Assembly (NCBI RefSeq): GCF_964204645.1
Contig: NC_134032.1
Coordinates: 2,628,175 to 2,692,174 of the forward strand
Direction: 5' to 3'
Origin: Tubulanus polymorphus
Lineage: Eukaryota > Animalia > Nemertea
DNA: 64,000 bases
Part shown: positions 27,547 to 37,501 of the stretch, piece by piece
How the letters are laid out: each line of letters begins with the position of its first letter
Position numbering within the stretch: position 1 is the first letter of the stretch
The notes under the pieces: model-generated
Databases searched by the model: none
Told to the model about the DNA's origin: nothing
What the model saw: the letters and a program-made list of their open reading frames with translations, nothing else
Made by a program: the position numbers and the translations under genes

Positions 27547-28523
27547 TTGAATTTGTGTATGCCGGTCGAAACGAGGTCTGGAATGGACCGCGCTTTGGCA
27601 GATAGACTAGCTGAAATGACAGCCAAAATTGACGATAAGCCAATGGGCATGACTCGTCTACAACCGCCACAGTTTACCGGTACGGTAAGCGAAGACGCTA
27701 ATATTTGGTGGCGGCAGTTCACCCAATATTCTACTTTCATGGGCTGGACCAATGAAAAGAAACTTAAAGCAGTGGGGCTGTTTTTAGATGGACTTGCTTC
27801 GGCTTGGTATTGGACCGTGGTCGAGGCAAGCAAGTCAAAAGACGCAACCGTTAAGACAACGGCGAATAGTATCTTATCAGATATTGACAACTTTGAAAGG
27901 GAATTCAAAAAGAAATTCGATTCTGGATCAATGAAATGGGTGCGTGAGCAAAGTTTAATGAACAGAAAACAATTACCGGGGGAATCGTTGGACGTCTATC
28001 TTCAAGACATCCAAATACGTTCGGCGGCTCTTGAAAAGAACGATCATGATTTAATGGTCCTATTTATCAATGGCTTGGCGGACAATTTGAGAGCGTTTGT
28101 CGTATCTAGATCACCAACAACTATGGACGAAGCCGAACAATACGCGCGCTTGTATGAATCCGTGTTGGCGCTGCAGGCGAAACCGCCTCCAATTGCCGGC
28201 ATCATATCATCCACTGAGAACCGAAATGAAATTTCGGATCTCAGGGATGAAATCAGGAATTTAAGCCGGGAAGTCTCGAGACTTCAGGTACAGGTCCGGA
28301 GGCAGGATAATAACCTGCCGCCACGAACTTCAGATCTGCTTCCGGATCTGTAGTTTGTGGTAGATGCAATCGAGTTGGGCATCACGAACGTAATTGTTTT
28401 AGGCAGAACGGTAGTTATCGGCCGGATAGACGGTTTAATAATTCTAACAATAATTTCGGTAATCGTTCCAACGATAATCCTAATAGATTCAGGCCGGGAA
28501 ACAACCCCAGGCCCGGATTTTAG
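27547..28523 (+). pseudogene. Ty3/Gypsy gag with CCHC knuckle, 1-bp frameshift
   Basis: PPQFTG, LDGLASAWY, RKQLPGESLDVY, FINGL; after a frame change near 28326, CGRCNRVGHHERNC and an Asn/Arg-rich tail ending in TAG ~28523. No pol follows. Confidence 0.88.
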
Positions 28524-28653
28524 GGGATGATTCCGAGCCAAAACATTCGTTTACAAAAGGTTGCCTAATATATTCATCAGAGATTTTACTGTTTTAATTC
28601 CTGCTTTGTTTCTCGTGTTGTTGTTCCTGTTCTTTGTACGTGAGTCTGTCACG

Positions 28654-29126
28654 ATGTCGTTAATCGTTCATCTTCCACGCGTGAATGGAGAATTCGAGGC
28701 AGGCATAGCAGCCGGCGTCGATCCCCGTCTCGCCGACACTGACAAGCTCCCGATACATAACGCTGGAGATCACCAGGAAGCAAAGTCCATCGCCTGTGCA
28801 TGGCTCTACCACAAGTATCGAGCATCAGCAAGCGATGAGGTACTTGCAGTTTTGATGGGAGGAGTCATAGGTGGTCTGGACCTAGGGCTTTTCTCTAATG
28901 CGGATGGAGACGTGCTTGTGTCCAACCATGCTACTATATCGGCAACCGCACCAGAGCTGGAGACGTTTGTTAAGGATAAAGTTAGCATGGACGCTGTCCG
29001 TAAAGGAGTTACTTTGGCCATAGCTACAAAGGCAACTTGGTGGGCCATGAACCACCACACAGGCCAGGGCCGAGCGCAGGGCTACGCGAGAAAAGTGATG
29101 AGCACCTTTTTTGGAGAATCCAACGT
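28654..29126 (+). other. Endogenous viral element: 3'-truncated ORF resembling a negative-strand RNA virus (qinvirus-like) nucleoprotein
   Basis: ATG at 28654, ~158 stop-free intronless codons, visibly higher GC than the flanks, motif IATKATWWAMNHHTGQG; ends at the right TIR. The family assignment rests on recalled motif similarity, not a search. Confidence 0.65.
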
Positions 29127-29182
29127 AGATGGCAGCACTGCCTATGAATTGAGACTGCTGTTGAAACTCAATAATACCACTG

Positions 29183-30129
29183 TCACACATCAATCGACAC
29201 ATTACGAAATCCTTTATATACATGGTCCTCCTCATAACCGTCCTCAGGGAAATGTGCGCGGATGCACGAAACGACACAAGCAGGCAAAATTCTCCTATTT
29301 TCCTTGCCCAAATATCCCCAACACCACCGAACAAATGATCTGTATGCTACATGTCTTAATTTCGCATTTGCTGGCCCTTCAAAACTTTTCCGTCCGTACT
29401 GCCGTTTAAATTCGGTCCACATCAGCTGCAGGACCCAAGGGTTCAAACAGATCGAAGCGAAAGCTGCTGTGTCCGTCATGCAGGTCTCTTCATTTTGTCC
29501 GGACTCCTCCCAAACCCATTCCAGTCTTCTTTTCACGACATCAATCTCCATACAGCACACACACACTTGCTCCGTCTCTAAGATCTGACAGTGTCCACAT
29601 TGGCACCTAAAAAGATTATCCATAAAAATATTTTTAAGGTATGGATATAGGTATCTACTTGTTGTAAGCCTATGCTGATGCAATGCAGTGCAAGAATAGT
29701 CCAGCAGTGCCAGCACAACGACGTTGAATCGCACTGAGCTTTTGAAACGAACATGATAAGATTCTCTCAACTTCGCCAACAAAGCTCAAAAACCCATAAT
29801 TAAATCTACGGCTTAATGAATCTTAAAATATATATTTTTAAGTTAATTGTTATATGAACATACCACTGATTCAGATTATCCAGCTCCAAACGGTTTATTC
29901 GGCCTTCGTCGTCGTCTCCCTCTGCCTCCGGTCTGGGTCCATCGCCGTTTCGCTTCGGTTCTGCCTCTGGTTCGTATAAATACGGCCCGATCATTAATTC
30001 CTCTTCGTCACTTGTTTCCTGCCATTCAAAATCACTAAGCGATTCATCTGAATTTGATGCCGAAGTGGCATTAAATTCAGATGAATCGCTCCCATTGTCC
30101 GATTCTCTATTCATTTCTATAGACGCCAT
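29183..30129 (-). CDS. KolX: KolX accessory protein of Kolobok (P2X7 C-terminal 'ballast'-like Cys-rich domain)
   Basis: join(30129..29864, 29606..29183), GT-AG phase 2, 229 aa. Acidic N-terminus, WCQCGHC..CVCC.E, RHVAYRSFVRWCWGYLGKENRRILPACVVSCIRAHFP, YKGF. Confidence 0.9.
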
Positions 30130-31384
30130 TATTGAGTCGCTGCCTTTAATGACGTAGTTCTATAAATAGCCCGCAGTACACGTGTTTTTCCGGAACGATG
30201 TAAAAAAACGAGGCGCGCGAAAATCAAAATCATCAAATATCATTATAAATTGAAATTTTTTCCGATCTTTCAAATTGTCAATCTCAATAGTATACTATAA
30301 TGAATCATTTTATTCCAAAAGTAGAAAATTCTTGAAAAAGTGTCAGTTACCCTTTAATTTGTCCCTTGTTCAATGACATGCGCGCAGCGCACGTTATACC
30401 TTAAAATTGGACCGAGTCATTTAAAACTCTGCCAACTTGTAAATTCTACAGGAAGAACACTTTTAGATCGATTGTTATACTGCCATCTTGTTGAAAGCAA
30501 TTTTCGCGAATTTGTACTTTTTGCTCGACGCAAATTATTTTTTTTTGTGCAATAGAATATGAATAAATGAATGAACCGCAAATATTTCAGCTTTTCAACA
30601 TCGATGGTTTTGCGTCACCGTTTCCATCGTTTGCTATTCAGAGGTAACACTTTTCATCGTCGAATATATTTGTATAGGGACAGGGTGGACCTATCCAAGG
30701 TTTTTGATTACTGCTTAGCTGCGGAAGGGCACCTTTGTCATAGAAAATTTTGGGGCTCTGAGAGGCAATCTGAATCAATTTGGGGCATCATATCCCTTGT
30801 CTGCATCCACTAAATATGACATTTTGACATGTTAAAGACAAATCATTGATAAAAAAAGAAGTTTACCCATTTTCGACTGTTCACATTTGTAATTTTAAAA
30901 TCTATTCTACCTGAACTTCAAAAATAAAAGGACACTTCTTATCTTCAATCATGAGTACCGTTCAAGCGGTAGTAGCGGTAGGCTGGATCCGTCACTGAGG
31001 TATTATCCCCGACCCTTGACTCCCATTCAGTCTGTTACTTGACGAATTTTGTTTTGTAATGCTAAGATTTCATATGGGGAAGTACCCGGTGTAGGTTATG
31101 ATTCTTGCGAGAAAAGTGATCGCTGATGACATCTATATCAACTGCTGCTAATAAAGCGAATTCATCCTGTCAAATCAGAATTGATTTTGCTCTTTGCTGG
31201 CCGCGTGTCATTCGATCGAATCAGATTTGCACAGCAGGATAAATTTTACGATTTGTTAAAAACGACGGACAAGAAAATACTGTCCCTGATTTTCTATTAT
31301 TATTACTAGTACGGTATTTCTATTCTATTATTACTAGTATTTCTACTTATGCATACAAATCTATATAGTTCTATCTATTTGATT

Positions 31385-31512
31385 CACTTGTATTTCATCT
31401 GATGAGGGGATATGATCTCGAAAACGTTCGTGTTTAATAAACCATTTTTACTCATTAGAAAATGAGGTTTTCAACGTTACCGCTTTTATGGTTGTTCGGA
31501 TACTTGAACTCT
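31385..31512 (+). mobile_element. Penelope-like pseudo-LTR with minimal hammerhead ribozyme motif
   Basis: CTGATGA (31399-31405), short imperfect stem, GAAA, palindromic AACGTT, then AATAAA; downstream sequence shared with 62513-62658. Confidence 0.55.
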
Positions 31513-32857
31513 TTACCCATGATCAATTTTCTAATACCGCGTGAGTATCAGTTTCACTTTGAGTTTTGACCATTCGGATCAGTTTTACAAGTTGAGCTTT
31601 TCATGTTTTCCATTTGACAACCGTAAACCTTTGTAAGTACCTAATAACCCAGATCACGACGAACTAAGACGCACTTAAATATCCCTCCAGGTGATATGAG
31701 TCAATACTGAGATATTGAATTCGGTTTCTAATGACTATTAAAAATATGATCATCACGTAGTTATAATTGTTGTCTCACTCGGCTGAGATTCTAACAGATG
31801 GTTTATATGGATCTTTAATCAATTAAAACACCGAATATTAATGCAATCATCAGCGCACAGGGCGCGGATGATTAGTCAGAAGTCCCGCGGTATTCGATGA
31901 GAGAGGAGATCAGTTAGGAGACCGAAAGCAAGTCTAACTTATCAAATTTCGGAGCCGCCACGCATCCAGACTGTTGTAGCTATAATGAAATCAAACTCAA
32001 CGATTGATTTTCTCATAAAAGGTGCGTCAATTTTTTCCACTGTAAAAACCGTTATTTATGGTGGATGGCATGTAAAAAAAAATGTTTACGTTTGCTGGTT
32101 TTTGTTCTCACCCGAGCATTCAAAACTTTTTGGATTTCTCACACGAGAATTTGAAGATAATGTGGTTTTCTCGCGCGAGCTTTCGAAACTGCGTTTTCTA
32201 AAAAAGAAAACATAAACGTTTTGTAATTTAGTAAATGATATCATTTTTTGACGCCTTATAAAACGTTACCATTATGAAACCTAAACAATGATAACCATTC
32301 AGCGTCATTTTACAAACGACAACCGTAAATCGATGTGCAAAACGTCATAGGTTTATGTGTACACATACAAGCTATTTGGCAAAATATTATTGATACAGAT
32401 GTAGAATGGCTCCCTGGGATTATATAATGACCTCTATTTGAACGTCGAAATGTTATATCGTATTGAATATCATGAGAAGACGTATTGTAATAGTAAAGGA
32501 TGTATGATTATATCAGGGGCGGCAGGGATAAATAGAAATGATAAGTTAATCGGATTATTCGGTTAAATGGCGGATGTATACACGATTTGGAAGTCTGATA
32601 TAAAAGTCAGACCCTGACATGGGGATGCTAGTGGAATGACGAAGCTATCTACGATCTGAGTTGGGCCGGCGTGAATTTCATCGGCGGCTACAAGCGGTCT
32701 ATATAAAAACGTGTAAACATATAATTTCAATATTCAAATGTTTTAGAAAATATGTTCGATATAAGACGAATGCAGGTTTCATGAGATTAGCAATTTATAA
32801 TAGCATAGCTGTCATATACGGCTCCGCATCGACTGATGGCATGTGTATAAGGTGACA

Positions 32858-33200
32858 ATTAAATTCAATACTTTATTGATCCTTATTACATTGAAATTCC
32901 GGGATAAAATTCCAAAAATCAATACATTTACAAATTTTAAAATAAGAAAATACAAGACACACGGGTAATTCATACAGAATAACATGAATAAGTTAATTAT
33001 ATGACAATGTCTACTTCAACCCAGACTCAAGTCTAGGATATCAAGTGACAGCCAGACCGGGCCCCAGGACCGGGCTGGCTGGCTACACGATATGCTCAAA
33101 GTCATGATGAAGCAGACATCAGAAGAGCTCTTTCTTCAACCATGGAGGCAATGAAGTTTCAGACCAGCTTAGAAGCAAAAGTGAATCGAAGTCACAAGTT
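32858..33200 (-). mobile_element. Probable LINE 3' fragment
   Basis: Minus strand: degenerate coding tail (NFIASMVEERALL), GC-rich stem AGCCAG..CCGG..CCGG..CTGGCT, AATAAA and TTGAA-type tail. Confidence 0.4.
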
Positions 33201-33532
33201 GACAATTTTTTTTTGTTGATTAGACCAGTCGAAAACTGTATCATCTACCCAATCGCCAAATCTCATAATTCCCGAAATTTCTTAAAACTTCGTTTTCAAA
33301 TTTGCAATTCCACATTAGCTTATACCAGAAATTCTACATTTTTCCGCAGGCGTCAAATAATTTATTAAAGTTAATTTTCTTGTTTCCATTTACCTCCAAA
33401 GTCTCGCTGACGGCTGGTTATTTGATTGAAGCGATTCGGGTAAGAAACGCAATCCGTATAGTGATACCTGGATGATTATTCGAATCCATCAAAACTACGT
33501 TCTAATGAATTGTCCACGTGACTGGTTTTTAG

Positions 33533-36500
33533 GGTACGACTTGTGATGCGCGATTCGAACGTTTCGCTACCGATCACGCCATGTGTCTGAAAAGAGGCGC
33601 CGACTCAGGTAAGAATACCGCTAAATCGATAAAAACAGAAAATTCTGTAAACTCGACCGCCGATTCCACAACTATGTACTTCTGTAGGCCCCTACTTCGA
33701 GATTTCCGATTTCAAAATCAAACCCACTGTTTCGCTCGCGGCAGCAGATGTAGTGGGTTTGTAAGGGACACCAAATCAAATCAAATCTACGAATCAAATG
33801 AATCAGAGGGTCAATCCTTATTTTCAGAACACGTAATAATAGCTTAAATGTTTAGAGTGTTTTCCAGATGCTGTTTCCAGTTGTGATGAACTGAAATAGC
33901 GTCAAAATAATAACGAAGATTGTAATGTTTGCAAGATTGGAATTTCAGATAGATTTTTATTTCGGATATCCAATTGATTTCATTTAATTGTTCCTTTTCT
34001 CGTCCTGTCTAAATTTCGATGAACATCCTCCGGGATCGAATCCCCCCCTGTCTGGTTTTGTTTCAGAAATGGACGGCGCCTCACGAGACGTTTTGCCAAA
34101 AATCGTCAACAGTTTTAGAACTCTGAAAATGACCCGCGATCGGAACAGATACATGTTCCGTATGGTAAGCTAGTAGTAACAATGACAGAAAATATAATAA
34201 TGATAATTATCAAAGCGATTTATAAAGAGCTTCACCAGAGCGATTCACATGTTAAAAATGCCTACACAAAGAAAGCATTTTAACTGCTCCATCGATGGAA
34301 GTGACTGCCCGGCTGTGATAGGAAACTCGTCCCACTTAGGGGCACAGTTGGAAAATGCACGACCACCATTATACTGTGACTATGAACAACTTCGAGCAAT
34401 TATCTGAAAGATTAGATAATTGCTCGTAGGAACAACTAATGAAACTTGATTAGCTGATCGAATTGCACGTGTGTGCTGCTTGTTATAGTTGGGTAGTCAG
34501 TGTTAACTAATGATGTTACTCGCAGGTCCTAAGTAGAGCCGGTTTTTGACTCTAAGTGACATGTTTTGTGCTGGGTGTCAAATCCATTGCATATGGAAGA
34601 CAGACGATGGAAGTCAGATCATGTGGACGTAACGCTTAAAAATGGGCACATTTCGCGCGCGTTATGAACAGCCCCCGATTTTGTTAGGAACCATTTAATA
34701 ACCGGGAGCCAGACACTTAAATGATAATTTTCTCTTCTCATTACACGTAAAATCGATATTGCCGATGTTATTGTGTTTCAGTATTGGGATACTGTATTGA
34801 GTCGTATGGCTGAAAACTACGCGTCCACTTGTCCCGATACCGTCATATCCGAAACGAGGAACTATATACCAGGTAATACACAACCATCCAGAAATAAAAC
34901 AAGAGACCTCCCTCCGTACAACCCTAATGACGTCATCATCCAATAATATAATCTATACGATTCAGGTCGAGGTCGCGTGGATCAGTTGGTGTTAGTAATG
35001 GCGGATGAGGTGATGAACGTCTACCGGAATTACGTCACTGCGGCCGAGTCACGTGACTACGCGGGTATTCTCATGGATGTGGCTGGAGAACTCAGTGACG
35101 GAACGACGAATCAGTTTCTGTCGATGTTCCTCTCCCCGGATAATGCGGTGAAAGTAAGAGCTTATAGCACCTCCCGTCGATTCGAAAAAAAAGTTTTGTA
35201 TTACCAAAACAAATTCGTTTATTCAAGAACTAATTATCTTTTCAATTTTTAAAAGTTTTATTTTAAAGTTTTCCACAAACTCAAGATGTAACGCGCTATG
35301 TCAATCATGTCAGGGATTTGATTCTAAAAATGGCTTGATTTCTATGATTATATTTTCTTGTTTCAATGTTATAGTTTGAACATGCTACTGCTATGAAGTT
35401 GGGCTGCGGTCTGAAGGCGTGTTCACCGCAAAAGAACGTGCTCGTTTGTAACATAGCCCCCAGGTATTTAGCATTTCACTCAAGTTTAGAATTGATCATG
35501 GAGTCACCCGCATGGAGCTTGCAGAATTGGTGTCTAATGTCAATATCAAATTGCTCCGGGTCGGGTTCCTGCTGAGCTGTCTTTTCAGTAGTACATACCT
35601 GATAAAGTTGTTTAGTAGGGCAAGCACAGATGAGCAGCTTAACTAAAAACATCGATCATTTCATTGAAATGTTACCGAAAATTCTCCTTTAGAATTGGGT
35701 TGTCTTCAAAGAGACTTTTTGGTAATCCCTCATTACAGCATAAAATGGATTTTAAAGGTTGATGTTTCAGTTCAGCTGCCTCAATCTGTGCTGGTTCAAT
35801 AAACACCTATCAAGTTTGTTCCACTAAAACTGGCTGAGCTAGGCCACCCAACTGACGTCCTCTCACGCAAAAGTTTAAACAAAAATTTACTAAACGAATA
35901 TTTGAAAAAATCTCAAGAGCTTTAAACCGACCTAATAAGCAGATTATCATAATCAGGCTGTCCCGGGTTCGAAACCGAGTTGATTCCGAGTTGGTCTCAG
36001 ATGCTGAATCGATGATAAGAGAGGTCCTAGGTTCGAACCCATTGATTGTAAATTCTAATTGGTTCCTAATTAAACATAAATCATTAATTCGGGAATGATC
36101 CTACCTTTTCGATTTTCGTTTAACTTAACAATTCCGGACATTCAGTAATTTTTGGAAAGTTCCAAAAGATGGCGAGCTATGATTATGGTCTTTTCGAACA
36201 ACATGTCTTTAGTAGCTCCATCGGAATTCAGTCAGTTCCGGTAAATTCTGATAGATGACGATCCATGATTCCAGGAACATCTGCAAATTTTAATTCATCC
36301 TGATTATTTTTGCTTTACCATAGGAAAGTTCGTCAAAACAGTGAGCGAATGTCGAGTGCGGAACCTTCACTGGATTGTCCCGACAACTTCAACGCAGAAT
36401 ATCAGTTATGCGGTGAGTTTCAAGTAACGCATTGGGCGGGGGAATATAAAATAAATGAAGGACAAAGACATTATTTCTTATGACTGGATGATTCTTTGGT

Positions 36501-37501
36501 CGTTTTCCTACTCCGATGGACAGGGGTAGGGGTAGTTCAATGTAGACATTTATATGCGGACATGGGGGAGGGAGGTCAAAACTTTGAAATTTAGCGTGGA
36601 CGTCTTTTGTTGAAAAACTCCTTAAGTTGTTTCAGTCGGTAGATCACCATTATAAACAACAATTTTATTCTGGTTGTTTTTATTTGATTGTTTTCAGATT
36701 GTGGTGACAGGAATGTGTGCAGTTATAACGCTTTGCTTTATCCGGTCACCTGCAGTTGTTGGTGCGATAGAGTTTTCGTATATTCCGTCAAACCGTACGT
36801 TAACAGAGACGATTCATGTTCGCGTAAGTGTCTCGAAGGTTCTCACGAGATCCCGTCGCGTTTCCCGAAGTTTCAAGCGAGGATCTCGTATGTTCCTCGC
36901 GAGAACCTTTGAGAAACGATACAGGATCTCGCGAGATCCTTCGAGAAACGATACGGGATCACTAATCGTTTCTCAAATGTTATCGCGAGATCTCGTAATT
37001 TTCTCGAGGGTTCTCGCAAGATCCATCTGTACAAATACAATATTATCCTTAACATACAATTTGTATCACATAATTCGTTATCGACAACATTACGAAATAT
37101 GTTTTATTTTTCAAGGCGTTGATAAACTTCATTTTCTCGTTTGTTCTGTAGTAAATTGTACAAAAGTGAGAAAGGATGAAAGTGTGACGCAACAGTTTGA
37201 CGGGATCGATTCTAACCTGGAGATGAAGGATTTAGAAGCGTCTTGTATGACACCGGATACATCTCCAACAACTCCGGCTCCAACGACTCCAGTTCCAACG
37301 ACTCCAGCTCCAACGACTCCAGTTCCGACGACCCCAGCTCCAATGACACCAGCTCCAACGACTCTCGTTCCAACATCAACAACGACTCATAATTCGAAGA
37401 TAACTTCGACTCCAAGTACCAGGACTCCAGCTCCAAGTGCGCCACATCCAGACGAGTCAAACGGTAGGGTATCTCTAGCAGCCAGTGAAGATAGTCACTG
37501 A
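33533..37501 (+). CDS. Divergent CAP (SCP/CRISP-like) protein with EGF-like domain and Thr/Pro mucin-like stalk; first and last exons unresolved
   Basis: Phase-compatible GT-AG exons 33533-33608, 34067-34164, 34782-34872 (YWDTVLSRMAENYASTC), 34966-35153, 35375-35463 (KLGCGLKAC..LVCN), 36324-36412, 36698-36823 (EGF-like), 37152-37462 or stop at 37501 (PTTPA/PTTPV repeats). Confidence 0.8.
36828..37025. repeat. Intronic palindrome-rich repeat (CTCGCGAG motifs), MITE-like
   Basis: Recurrent TCTCGCGAGA/GGATCTCG motifs in both orientations. Confidence 0.5.

Larger units (their letters stand above)
26645..29187. mobile_element. Composite insertion with perfect 61-bp terminal inverted repeats (TGT...ACA) and 4-bp TSD CATC
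   Basis: 26645-26705 is the exact reverse complement of 29127-29187; CATC at 26641-26644 and 29188-29191. Confidence 0.95.
23082..30353 (+). mobile_element. Kolobok DNA transposon, internally deleted, with nested insertion
   Basis: 19-bp TIR AGGGTAACTGACACTTTTT at both ends; TTAA at 23078-23081 and 30354-30357; AG...CT termini; convergent THAP-transposase and KolX genes. Confidence 0.92.

Noticed and set aside
28561-29409. 282-aa ORF as a single membrane protein
   Set aside because: Chimeric: TTG start in UTR-like DNA, virus-like core from 28654, then read-through across the TIR into antisense KolX.
29183-29782. Host P2X7 receptor gene
   Set aside because: Only the ballast-like domain is present, with no channel exons, and it lies inside Kolobok TIRs. 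The ORF's first ~59 codons are intron.
36674-37151. N-terminal part of the 275-aa ORF
   Set aside because: Out of frame with the EGF-like exon and runs through an intron; only 37152 onward fits the gene model.
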